From: Bacteroidales bacterium
GTDB taxonomy: Bacteria > Bacteroidota > Bacteroidia > Bacteroidales > Paludibacteraceae
Reading direction: 5' to 3'
Assembly: GCA_900766775.1 (NCBI GenBank)
Contig: CAAFXN010000080.1
Coordinates: 1 to 56,471 of the forward strand
Length of the DNA stretch: 56,471 nucleotides
Shown here piece after piece: positions 44,095 through 52,915 of the stretch. Each line of letters begins with the position of its first letter. The stretch's first letter is position 1. The notes below the pieces were generated by a model that worked only from the letters and a program-made list of their open reading frames with translations, did no database searches and was not told the origin of the DNA. Made by a program: the position numbers and the translations under genes.

Positions 44095-45730
44095 TTACCC
44101 TCAGCACCACGCCTTTCCATGCCGGCAAAGTCAGCCGCACGGGTTCCGCCGTGTTGAACGGCATATCCTCGTACACTGTATCGGTCAGCAAGTCGGTCAT
44201 CGTGCAACGGCACATCTCGTCTTGCCCTAAATAGACAAAGGCGTCTGCGGGAATGCGCACCTGCATATCCACCTGCCTGTCATCAAAGTTCAGCACCATC
44301 AGCAGCGTCTCATTCCCCGACTTGCGGATATAAGCAAACTGCTCATGCTTGTTGAATCCTTCGCCCTGCGCATACACGATATCGTACATCTGCCCCTCCG
44401 CAATCGCCTGATTATCACGCGCTAACGTCAGTAACCTGCGGTAGAACTCGCGCACCTCTTTCTGCTCTTCGCTCAAGCCCGCGCCGTCGAACTTCCCTTT
44501 GTTCGCCCATGCCTGTTGCGACTTCACGCCCCAGTAGTCGAATATCGTCGTCCTGCCATCCACGCCGGAGAAGCCCTCCATATCCATACCTTTCTCGCCC
44601 AACTCCTGCCCCGAGTAAATAAGCACGGGGTTCTTGTAGAGCGTAGCCGCCACTATCATCGCCGGCTCTGCGCACGCACCGCGACCGCTGAAGAAACCGC
44701 TGGCGATACGTTGCTCGTCGTGGTTCTCAAGGAAATACAACATCCGCCCCAGCATATCGCCCGCCGCAAACCATTGCTGCGTGATGCCTTCCACTGCCCA
44801 GTTCTTGCTCGTTACGCCGCGCAGGTAATCGTACATCCCCACCTTGTCATACAGGTAGTCAAAGCCCGCGTTCATATAGGCGCGATACAGCCCGGGGTTG
44901 TAGCATTCGCCGATAAACTGCACCTCGGGGTACTGCTCCTTCACCTGCCCTATCGCCCACGCAAAGAACTCCACGGGCACCATCTCCGCCATGTCCACGC
45001 GGAAAGCATCCACCTTCTTCCCTGCCCAGAAGAGCAATATATCACGCATCTTCACCCACGTGTTCGGAATCGGCGAGAACTGCTTCTCTCCGCCGCCTTG
45101 ATAATACACACCGTAGTTCAGTTTCACCGTCTCGTACCAGTCGTTGCGCGAGGGGTGCGCCGTGAAGCAGTCATTGCCCGTCGCCTTCGCGGGGTACTCC
45201 TCGTAGCCCGTCGCCTCGAAGTCCGCAGGTGCAAAACGCTCGCCGGGGATATAATAGAAGTTGTTGAGCGGCGAGAATGCCCACTCCGGATTATCGTCTT
45301 CCCCCAAGTCGCGCACACCCGCAGGCTTGCATAGCGACTTATACTCGCGCGCCACATGGTTCGGCACAAAGTCTATCACCACCTTCAGCCCCGCCTTATG
45401 TGTCCGCGTCACCAGCGCCTCAAACTCCGCCATGCGCTTGCTCTCGTCTTTGGCAAGGTCGGGGTCCACATCATAATAGTCAGTTATCGCATACGGGCTG
45501 CCTGCCAAGCCTTTCACTATCGAAGGCGTGTTGCGCTCTGCCGTGGCATGCCTAATCACGCCCGTGTACCACACATGTGTAGCACCCAAATCACGTATCG
45601 ACTTGAGCGCTTTCGTGTTGATATCGGCAAACTTACCGCAACCGTTCACTTCGCGCGACCCGTTATGCTGCCGCGTCTCGTTCATATTGCCAAACAACCG
45701 TGGCAACAACTGATAAATAATCGCTTTCAC
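44084..45730 (-). CDS. GH13 alpha-amylase family glycoside hydrolase
   Basis: GH13 regions VIDFVPNHV, DAFRVDMAEMV, FIGECY and FLENHDEQR. The start is placed at GTG 45730 (MKAIIYQLLPRLFGN), which fits the family N-terminus. The ORF-track ATG at 45793 is the alternative. Confidence 0.85.
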   Translation of the reverse strand: MKAIIYQLLPRLFGNMNETRQHNGSREVNGCGKFADINTKALKSIRDLGATHVWYTGVIRHATAERNTPSIVKGLAGSPYAITDYYDVDPDLAKDESKRMAEFEALVTRTHKAGLKVVIDFVPNHVAREYKSLCKPAGVRDLGEDDNPEWAFSPLNNFYYIPGERFAPADFEATGYEEYPAKATGNDCFTAHPSRNDWYETVKLNYGVYYQGGGEKQFSPIPNTWVKMRDILLFWAGKKVDAFRVDMAEMVPVEFFAWAIGQVKEQYPEVQFIGECYNPGLYRAYMNAGFDYLYDKVGMYDYLRGVTSKNWAVEGITQQWFAAGDMLGRMLYFLENHDEQRIASGFFSGRGACAEPAMIVAATLYKNPVLIYSGQELGEKGMDMEGFSGVDGRTTIFDYWGVKSQQAWANKGKFDGAGLSEEQKEVREFYRRLLTLARDNQAIAEGQMYDIVYAQGEGFNKHEQFAYIRKSGNETLLMVLNFDDRQVDMQVRIPADAFVYLGQDEMCRCTMTDLLTDTVYEDMPFNTAEPVRLTLPAWKGVVLRVSKN

Positions 45731-45799
45731 TACTAATAAGGTTTTAGTTATGGGTTTAAGTTCTCTACGATAAGCTTTCAAAAAGCATGCCAAACAGCA

Positions 45800-45827
45800 A
45801 TTAGGGAGGCAAATATACCTCCCTAAT
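45800..45827 (-). terminator. hairpin after ackA
   Basis: attagggagg / cctccctaat stem with an 8-nt loop. The downstream T-tract is weak. Confidence 0.45.
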
Positions 45828-45838
45828 CGCTCTGCAAA

Positions 45839-47029
45839 CTATACCAGCGCCTCGGTATCCGAAGCAATCATCAACTCTTCGTCGGTCGGAATCACGCAAA
45901 CGGTTACCTTGCTGTCCGGCGTGGAAATCACGCGCTCCACACCGCGGCAGTTGTTCGCCTCCTCATCCAGTGTAACGCCGAGGAACGACAGCCCTTTCAC
46001 AATCTCCGCACGAATGAACGCATCGTTCTCGCCGATACCGCCCGTAAACACCAATATATCAATACCGTTCATCGCAGCCGCATACGCGCCCACGTACTTC
46101 TTCACGCGGTAGATAAACATCTCTCGCGCGAGGTTTGCACGTTGGTTACCTGCCTTGATAGCCGCGTCTATATCGCGTGCGTCGCTCGACACGCCGCTCA
46201 CGCCCAGCAAGCCCGATTTCTTGTTCACAAGGTTGTTAAACTCAGCCGTCGTCAGACCCTCTTTGTCCATGATATACGTAGCCGCACCGAGGTCGAGGTC
46301 GCCCGCGCGCGTACCCATCACCAGACCTTCCACAGGCGTCAGACCCATCGACGTATCCACCGACTTGCCGTTCAGCACTGCCGCGCACGAACCGCCGTTG
46401 CCGATATGCGCCGTTACCACCTTCTTCTCTGCCGCGTTCACGCCCAAGAACTCACACACGCGCGCACTCACATATCTGTGGCTCGTTCCGTGGAAGCCGT
46501 AGCGACGAATCGCATATTTCTCGTACAACTCATACGGCAGCGCATACATATACGCATAGTCGGGCATCGTCTGATGGAAAGCCGTGTCGAACACTGCCAC
46601 TTGCGGCACGCCCGGCAGCGTCTTCTCTATCGCGTCAATACCTTTCAGGTTGGCGGGATTGTGCAGCGGAGCCAACTCGGCGCACTTCACAATCATCTCC
46701 TTCACCTCCGGCGTGATGACCACCGACTGGTTGAATTTCTCGCCGCCGTGCACCACGCGGTGTCCCACTGCCTCAATCTCTTTCAGGTCTTTGATGCAGC
46801 CAATCTTCTCGTCCACCAGCGTGTCCAGTATCAACTGGATACCCACCGTATGCTCCGGCATCTCTTTCTCGATAACCACTTTCTCGCCGTTGGGTAACTT
46901 CACTTGCAGGAACGAATCGGGCAAACCGATTTTCTCCACGCCGCCTTGCGCCAACACGCTATGGTCAGCCATCTCGAACAATTTATACTTTATACTGCTA
47001 CTCCCGCAGTTCAATACCAATACTTTCAT
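45839..47029 (-). CDS. ackA: acetate kinase
   Basis: 396 aa. MKVLVLNCGSSSIKYKLFEM and HRVVHGGEKF are canonical. Confidence 0.95.
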   Translation of the reverse strand: MKVLVLNCGSSSIKYKLFEMADHSVLAQGGVEKIGLPDSFLQVKLPNGEKVVIEKEMPEHTVGIQLILDTLVDEKIGCIKDLKEIEAVGHRVVHGGEKFNQSVVITPEVKEMIVKCAELAPLHNPANLKGIDAIEKTLPGVPQVAVFDTAFHQTMPDYAYMYALPYELYEKYAIRRYGFHGTSHRYVSARVCEFLGVNAAEKKVVTAHIGNGGSCAAVLNGKSVDTSMGLTPVEGLVMGTRAGDLDLGAATYIMDKEGLTTAEFNNLVNKKSGLLGVSGVSSDARDIDAAIKAGNQRANLAREMFIYRVKKYVGAYAAAMNGIDILVFTGGIGENDAFIRAEIVKGLSFLGVTLDEEANNCRGVERVISTPDSKVTVCVIPTDEELMIASDTEALV

Positions 47030-47060
47030 GTCTTTTAATTATTTAAGGATTAAAGATAAT

Positions 47061-47156
47061 GGATGAAAGAATAAAACCAATAGCCTTTCATGGAGGTGCG
47101 GTCTCCAGGCCGCACCATGGTAAAGTCGAAGGTAATAAGTCTTTTATCTTTCATCC
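47061..47156. repeat. about 100-bp nested palindromic element, second copy
   Basis: Outer arms ggatgaaagaataaaa / ttttatctttcatcc. The core ggaggtgcggtctccaggccgcac is identical to the reverse complement of 32043-32069. Confidence 0.75.
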
Positions 47157-47189
47157 TTTTCCCTCCCTTGTAGGGAGGGGCAGGGAGAG

Positions 47190-48188
47190 TCAACCTATCG
47201 CCTGATTAGCCGTGATAATCACCATTTGCACGATATCCTGCACCTTGCAACCGCGGCTCAAATCGTTCACGGGAGCGGCAATACCTTGCAAAATAGGACC
47301 TACCGCGTCGGCGCCCGAGAAGCGCTCCACCAGTTTGTAACCGATATTGCCTGCCTGCAAGTCGGGGAACACCAGCACATTCGCTTTGCCTGCTACGGGC
47401 GAACCCGGAGCCTTCGTCGCTGCCACTTTCTCTATCAGCGCCGCGTCTGCCTGCAACTCACCGTCGATATCCAACTCCGGAGCCAACTCCTTCGCGATAC
47501 GCGTTGCCTCCACTACCTTATCCACCAACTCATGCTTAGCCGACCCCTTCGTCGAGAACGACAGCATAGCCACTTTCGGCTCGAAGCCGCCCAGCGCACG
47601 AGCCGTCTCTGCCGTCGAGATGGCTATCTGCGCCAACTGCTGTGCATCGGGATTCGGGTTAACCGCACAGTCGGCAAACACGAGGAAACCGTCCTCACCC
47701 AACTGCTTGGCAGGCGTGAACATCAGGAACGCGCCCGACACAATCGACACGCCCGGCTTGGTCTTCAGTATCTGGAATGCAGGACGAATGGTGTCTGCCG
47801 TCGTGCCGCGTGCACCGGCCAACTCGCCGTCTGCGTCGCCGTTCTTTATCATCAGGCAGCCCAGATACAGCGGGTCTTGTGCTTTCTTCGCCGCCTCTTC
47901 CTCGGTCATACCTTTCGACTTGCGCAACTCATACAGCAGGTGCGCATACTCCGCCATCTTCGGGTCGTGCTGCGGGTCAAACAGCGTCGCCTCCTCAATG
48001 TGCTCATAACCCTTCTCCGCTGCCATCTGACGAATAACAGCAGGGTCGCCAATCAAAATCAGTTTGGCAATTTTATCACGCAAAATAATGTTTGCTGCCT
48101 CCAAAGTACGAGGTTCATCGCCCTCCGGCAGCACAATGCGCTTTTGGTTTTGCTGTGCGCGCTCCAGCATCTGTGCAAGTATGTCCAT
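47190..48188 (-). CDS. pta: phosphate acetyltransferase
   Basis: Start set at MDILAQMLERAQQNQKRIVLPEGDEPRTLEAA, with a Pta-type body. It lies directly upstream of ackA. Confidence 0.93.
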   Translation of the reverse strand: MDILAQMLERAQQNQKRIVLPEGDEPRTLEAANIILRDKIAKLILIGDPAVIRQMAAEKGYEHIEEATLFDPQHDPKMAEYAHLLYELRKSKGMTEEEAAKKAQDPLYLGCLMIKNGDADGELAGARGTTADTIRPAFQILKTKPGVSIVSGAFLMFTPAKQLGEDGFLVFADCAVNPNPDAQQLAQIAISTAETARALGGFEPKVAMLSFSTKGSAKHELVDKVVEATRIAKELAPELDIDGELQADAALIEKVAATKAPGSPVAGKANVLVFPDLQAGNIGYKLVERFSGADAVGPILQGIAAPVNDLSRGCKVQDIVQMVIITANQAIG

Positions 48189-48202
48189 AATATATAAAAG
48201 GT

Positions 48203-48344
48203 TAAATAAATAAGTTCGATATAAGCAAACCTTTTCAGCAGTCAAAGACTGATTTGATTTTTGGTAATAAATTAACGTGAGTTCGATACAAGTGAACTAT
48301 TTCAGCAGTCAATGACTAATTTGGTTTTTGGTAATAAATTAATG
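48203..48344. repeat. about 64-bp tandem duplication (2.2 copies) just upstream of pta
   Basis: Units at 48203-48264 and 48265-48331 share taaWaaat..gttcgataYaag..ttcagcagtcaaWgactRatttgRtttttgg. A partial third unit follows. Confidence 0.8.
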
Positions 48345-48803
48345 ATTAATTATACGAAAATGCTTGCATCCCGACTTGTCGGGGTTATATGTTAAAGGAA
48401 AACATATTTGTATAATTTTTGGAAATTTTTGTTGAAATAAAATAATTGTCAGTGTTTCGATGTATATGTTTCTTATTTCGAGGTCGCGTTAAATATTATG
48501 TTCTCCTTAACAGTAGAACCACAGTTTCACCCCCCCCCGACCGCTCCTCAAACCGCCAACTGCCTATCCCAAATCCGCTGCAAAGTTACGAAAAAAATTC
48601 CACCCCTGCAAGCCCTTTCACAAAAAAAAAGTAAAATTTCCCCTGTCCCCCGTCTGCCGCTTCTCCCCGCCACCCCGTCTCCCTGCCTCCTCCCTGCCGT
48701 CGCACACCCGCCTTCCCCCTTCCTGCACCCCGTCTCTATCGGCATTTCCTGCTGCCAAACAGCCCCTTTCTACGAGACGTTCACGAGAGGATAAGCCGCA
48801 TAT

Positions 48804-48880
48804 CTCGAAAACGACTCGAAAACGACTCGAAGAAAAGACGGCAACAAGACGGCAACAATACGGCAAAAGGACAGCAACAA
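48804..48880. repeat. two adjacent 11-bp arrays (ctcgaaaacga x3; gacggcaacaa x4)
   Basis: Units counted directly. Confidence 0.8.
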
Positions 48881-49037
48881 GAGCAGACTATTAACTGACC
48901 TTCTCCTGACTCGTCCGCGCCCTTCGCCACAACACAAACGGACACTTTTCATCCCCGCTCGAACACCCAAATCACCAAAAAATAAAAATTATTGAACTTT
49001 TTCGCTTAAAAAATTTGCACAAATCAAAAAAAAGCAG

Positions 49038-49045
49038 TATCTTTG
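49038..49045 (+). promoter_or_regulatory. -7 promoter box (TAtcTTTG) for the OmpA-family gene
   Basis: Exact TAnnTTTG, 41 nt upstream of the ATG at 49086. Confidence 0.5.
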
Positions 49046-49085
49046 CACGGTTTTTTCAAAGTAACACCTTTTCGCCAAGTCTAAT

Positions 49086-50777
49086 ATGCGAACACAAGTT
49101 GTAAAAATCTTCGCCATCGCGGCCCTATCTCTTACGTGTACCCTCGCGTACGCACAAGAGGCAGACACTATCCCCGTGGCACAAGAGACAGCGAAAGGTG
49201 TGCACCCGTGGAACGCAGAGGAAAACGTAAACGCAGTTCCTCACTTCTCTAACTGGTCTTTGATTTTAGATGTCGGCTTCAACTCTTTCGATGGAGATTT
49301 CAACTCCGAGATGAAGCACCCCATCGGCTATCCCGCTGTCGGATTGGGCGTGGAATATACCTTTACGCCATACGTCGGCTTGGGACTTAACTACATGTTC
49401 GACATGTATCGGGTTACCGGCGTAGAAGGTCAGGCGGCGGCAACACTGCTGAAAGGCACAATGCACAAAGCGGGCTTGTACTTGCCGATAGACCTCGTGA
49501 GTTGTTTCGCACCACGCGCACAACAGCGCCTGTTCAATCTCCAACTCATCGCAGGAGGAGGATTGGCGTGGTACACCAACGAAATCTACTATTCGGAGAG
49601 GGGCACGACCCTCAGCGTAGAACCCCTCTCGATGAACGGAGAATACAAGTTCTGCCCCTATGTGAATGTCGGCGTTAACTTGGAGTTCAACATCGGACGC
49701 TCTGTCGGATTGGGTGTCAGAGGAATGTACAACTATTTCACGCGCGACGATATAGACGGACGCTTTGGAGGAGCAAGCGTGAATAACGATGGCCTCATCG
49801 ATGTTACGCTCTCTCTGCGCTACAAAATCAATGCACAGAAACGCTCGCACGAACGCAATGTAACATCTGGAGCACAGGAAACCCAACTCGCACGCAGAGC
49901 CGAAGGACTGCCTGCCGAAGGGACTGTCAGCGCCGAAGAGGTAGCACGTGAAATCATTGACAAGGGATTGCTGAAAGCGGAAAAAGATACGATGTTGCTT
50001 GTGCGCAAAGACACGCTCGTGCAAACCAACCATATCGTAGTGGCAACCGAACAAGACTACGCAGCCGCCAATCGATTCTTCGTTTATTTCGCATCGGGCA
50101 AGGCTGCGCTCGGCGACCAAGGACTCATCGCCATACAGCAAGCAGCAACACTGCTGCAAGCAGATGAGAAGATATATGCCATCATCGTAGGGCACTGCGA
50201 CAACACCGGCTCTGACCACACCAACGACATCTTGAGCCACAAGCGCGCACAAACCGTAGAGAAAGAACTCGTTGCCGAGTACGACATCAACCCCGACAGA
50301 CTCTTGGCTTACGGAGCAGGAAAAATCATAGGAAAGAACAGCAAAGCGGCTTATACGCCCAACAGACGAGTAGAGATTCTCCTCCTCACCGAGACAGAGT
50401 TCATCCAGCGCAAGCAAGCACTACGCGCAGAGCAGGAAGCCAAAGCGCAAGCCGCCAATGTGGTAGCAACAGCGGAAGAAACAAAGCAGGCAGAAGAAAC
50501 GCCGAAAGTAGAGACGCCCGCACAGGAAGCAGAGACTATTGTTGAAGAAACGCCCGCTATTTTAGACACCGTGGTCGTTACCAGAGGCACCACCCTTGCA
50601 CGCCTCGCCCGCAAGTACTACAACATGCGTTTCGACCTCTGGACGTACATCTACGAAGCAAACCGCGACGTGATTACCAACCCCGACAAACTAAAAGAAG
50701 GCACCACGCTCATCATACCCGCACTGACAAAGGAGCAACTGCAATCTCCGACCGACGAGGTAGCAACACTCTACTAA
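49086..50777 (+). CDS. OmpA family protein with C-terminal LysM domain
   Basis: Signal peptide MRTQVVKIFAIAALSLTCTLAYA. OmpA_C-like segment GHCDNTGSDHTNDILSHKRAQTVEKEL...TPNRRVEILL. LysM-like segment VVTRGTTLARLARKYYN...NPDKLKEGTTLIIP. Confidence 0.88.
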   Translation: MRTQVVKIFAIAALSLTCTLAYAQEADTIPVAQETAKGVHPWNAEENVNAVPHFSNWSLILDVGFNSFDGDFNSEMKHPIGYPAVGLGVEYTFTPYVGLGLNYMFDMYRVTGVEGQAAATLLKGTMHKAGLYLPIDLVSCFAPRAQQRLFNLQLIAGGGLAWYTNEIYYSERGTTLSVEPLSMNGEYKFCPYVNVGVNLEFNIGRSVGLGVRGMYNYFTRDDIDGRFGGASVNNDGLIDVTLSLRYKINAQKRSHERNVTSGAQETQLARRAEGLPAEGTVSAEEVAREIIDKGLLKAEKDTMLLVRKDTLVQTNHIVVATEQDYAAANRFFVYFASGKAALGDQGLIAIQQAATLLQADEKIYAIIVGHCDNTGSDHTNDILSHKRAQTVEKELVAEYDINPDRLLAYGAGKIIGKNSKAAYTPNRRVEILLLTETEFIQRKQALRAEQEAKAQAANVVATAEETKQAEETPKVETPAQEAETIVEETPAILDTVVVTRGTTLARLARKYYNMRFDLWTYIYEANRDVITNPDKLKEGTTLIIPALTKEQLQSPTDEVATLY

Positions 50778-50789
50778 GATAGGATAATT

Positions 50790-50879
50790 ATGGAAGAGAA
50801 GAACGACAATAATAAACAATTTATATTGATTATCTTCTTCTGCATGGTTACACTCTTTATAATGAAAGTATGTACATAG
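50790..50879 (+). CDS. possible 29-aa single-pass membrane peptide
   Basis: The ORF is too small for the ORF track and was read by hand. It starts 13 nt after the OmpA stop. MEEKNDNNKQFILIIFFCMVTLFIMKVCT has a polar head and a hydrophobic helix. There is no further support. Confidence 0.25.
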   Translation: MEEKNDNNKQFILIIFFCMVTLFIMKVCT

Positions 50880-50901
50880 CAAAAAGTATTACACAAATAT
50901 T

Positions 50902-50976
50902 GGTCTCATAGCTCAGTTGGTTAGTAGCACCTGACTCATAATCAGGGGGTCCAAGGTTCAAGCCCTTGTGGGACCA
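50902..50976 (+). tRNA. tRNA with CAU anticodon (elongator tRNA-Met, or tRNA-Ile2 if lysidine-modified)
   Basis: Cloverleaf readable by eye. Acceptor stem ggtctca/tgggacc. Anticodon stem cctga/tcagg with loop cTCATAa. T-arm caagg-ttcaagc-ccttg. G1-C72 argues against an initiator. No CCA is encoded. Confidence 0.9.
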
Positions 50977-50980
50977 CACG

Positions 50981-51013
50981 AGGAAGGAAGCAACCGCTTC
51001 CTTCCTTGCTTTA
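50981..51013 (+). terminator. hairpin after the tRNA
   Basis: aggaaggaagc aacc gcttccttcct, followed by tgcttta. Confidence 0.6.
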
Positions 51014-51026
51014 ATAACAATGCACT

Positions 51027-51062
51027 CATAATTCATAATTCATAATTCATAATTCTTAATTA
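51027..51062. repeat. CATAATT heptads x4-5 abutting the bcp start codon
   Basis: cataatt x4 then cttaatt. The ATG is at 51067. Confidence 0.85.
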
Positions 51063-51066
51063 AACT

Positions 51067-51507
51067 ATGACTATCGGTGACCCTATTCCTTCCTTTGCCG
51101 TACAAGACCAAGACGGCAACCTCGTAACCAACGAGACTATCCTCGGCAGCAAGACTGTCCTCTATTTCTATCCCAAAGACTCTACCCCCGGCTGCACCGC
51201 AGAGGCATGCAACTTGCGGGATAACTACCACACTTTCTTAGCGAATGGTTACAAAGTGTATGGCGTTAGTAAAGATTCGCAGAAGTCTCACGTCAATTTC
51301 CGTAGCAAATACGAATTGCCTTTCCCGCTGCTCTCCGACCCCTCCACCGAGATGCTGCAAGCCTTCGGCGCATGGGGAGAGAAGAAGATGTGTGGCAAGA
51401 CCTGTGTCGGCACCTTGCGCAAGACTTTCGTGATTGACGAGCAAGGTATCATCACGCGCATTATTGACAAGGTTGATACCAAGAACCACGCAGCGCAACT
51501 CCTATAA
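51067..51507 (+). CDS. bcp: thioredoxin-dependent peroxiredoxin (Bcp/PrxQ)
   Basis: 146 aa. FYPKDSTPGCTAEACNLRDNY carries the CxxxxC pair. Confidence 0.93.
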   Translation: MTIGDPIPSFAVQDQDGNLVTNETILGSKTVLYFYPKDSTPGCTAEACNLRDNYHTFLANGYKVYGVSKDSQKSHVNFRSKYELPFPLLSDPSTEMLQAFGAWGEKKMCGKTCVGTLRKTFVIDEQGIITRIIDKVDTKNHAAQLL

Positions 51508-51614
51508 GGCATTAGGAAACCCACCCTAATAATTCTTTTCTCCGCTACGCTCCGAACGATTACTTTATAATTACCATGCCCTCATAATTATTAAATCACA
51601 TTAAGTGTATCTTC

Positions 51615-51663
51615 ACCCCCCCCGCCTCTCCTGTAAGGAGGGGAGGGGGTAAGGGGGCGGGAA
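51615..51663. repeat. GC-rich palindromic element, third family member (inverted orientation)
   Basis: The reverse complement reads cccgcccccttaccccctcccc tccttacaggagaggcgggggggg. There is an internal hairpin cctctcct/aggagggg. Confidence 0.55.
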
Positions 51664-51732
51664 GGTACGCTCGGCATCAAGCCGCAACAAGGATAAAAGG
51701 CGAAGGGTAAAAGACTAATTAGCATATGCCCT

Positions 51733-51760
51733 CATAATTCATAATTCATAATTCATAATT
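51733..51760. repeat. CATAATT heptads x4 abutting the metallophosphoesterase start codon
   Basis: Four perfect units. The ATG is at 51764. Confidence 0.85.
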
Positions 51761-51763
51761 AGC

Positions 51764-52837
51764 ATGGACCTAAACCTCTTGACACCGCTCTTTGCACTAT
51801 TTGCCGCAGCCTTGCTTTGCCTGCTGGTATGTTGTATCTACCTCATAGTCTGGCTATTGATATACCTCTTTGCCCGCAAGCGCCTTTCCTTTCGTCCTTT
51901 CTGCTATACGGCTGTGGTGCTTGTGTTCGCCTGCTGGGTACTCATTGCCTACGGCTATTGGGTAGGACGCTACCAAATTGAGGTGAAGTCCGCTACCTAT
52001 ACCCATCCTATGCTCCCTGCCGCCTTCGACGGCTACAAGATAGTGCATATCAGCGACTTACACCTTGCCACGTTCGCCGACCGCCCTGCCGCGCTGCAGC
52101 GTATCGTGGACACTATCAATACCCAAGCACCCGACTTGATTTGTTTCACGGGCGACATAGTAACCATCGGCGTGGAAGAAGCCTTGCCCTTCACTGCTAT
52201 CTTGCAGCAACTCCATGCCCGCGATGCCGTCCTCTCCGTCTTGGGTAACCACGACTTGATGATTTACCGCGATATACCTACCTCAGAGCGACTTCGGCAA
52301 GTGAATCGGTTAGTCGCTTTCGAGCAGGACACCCTCCGCTGGCGAGTCCTCCGCGATACTTCTTTCACCATTGTCCGCCCGCAGCTGTTGGCGGCAAGCG
52401 ACCTCCCCGCTATGGATACCCTCACCATCCTCGGCGTGGACAACTGTTCTTGCGAGGGGCAAGGCTTCCGCTCTATCTACCATGGCGACTTGTCTGCCGC
52501 CATGCGCAACACCTGCGGCTTCCCTATCCTTCTCTCCCACGACCCCACACATTGGCGGGCAGAGGTGCAAGACCACACGAATATACCGCTCACGCTCAGC
52601 GGACATACCCATTCGGGACAGTTCCGTATCTTCGGGCATCCCCTTGCAGGGCTGCTCTTCCAAGAGTCGGCAGGATGGTACTACCACCCCGCCTGCGATG
52701 AGACGGACGCAGAGAAACAGCAAACCGACGAAATGCGCCAAGCCCTCTATATCAACTCCGGCGTGGGGTGCACCTTGCCCGTCCGCGTCAATTGCCCCGC
52801 AGAAATAACAGTGATAACACTCCGCTCCCCGCAATAA
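51764..52837 (+). CDS. membrane-anchored metallophosphoesterase
   Basis: N-terminal transmembrane helices. Calcineurin-like motifs VHISDLHL, FTGDIV, GNHD and SGHTHSGQ. Confidence 0.85.
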   Translation: MDLNLLTPLFALFAAALLCLLVCCIYLIVWLLIYLFARKRLSFRPFCYTAVVLVFACWVLIAYGYWVGRYQIEVKSATYTHPMLPAAFDGYKIVHISDLHLATFADRPAALQRIVDTINTQAPDLICFTGDIVTIGVEEALPFTAILQQLHARDAVLSVLGNHDLMIYRDIPTSERLRQVNRLVAFEQDTLRWRVLRDTSFTIVRPQLLAASDLPAMDTLTILGVDNCSCEGQGFRSIYHGDLSAAMRNTCGFPILLSHDPTHWRAEVQDHTNIPLTLSGHTHSGQFRIFGHPLAGLLFQESAGWYYHPACDETDAEKQQTDEMRQALYINSGVGCTLPVRVNCPAEITVITLRSPQ

Positions 52838-52885
52838 AAATACAAATACCTATACATAGGTATTGTATATGTGAGAAAAAAGCAC

Positions 52886-52893
52886 TAACTTTG
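52886..52893 (+). promoter_or_regulatory. -7 promoter box (TAacTTTG) for feoB
   Basis: Exact TAnnTTTG, 23 nt upstream of the ATG at 52916. Confidence 0.5.
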
Positions 52894-52915
52894 CAGCGTC
52901 TTTGCTATTGGAACC

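Noticed and set aside
48498-48794. 98-aa Pro-rich plus-strand ORF in the long pta-ompA interval.
   Set aside because: It is a translation of a C-rich low-complexity tract. It has no promoter box in the right orientation upstream, and other frames are also open.
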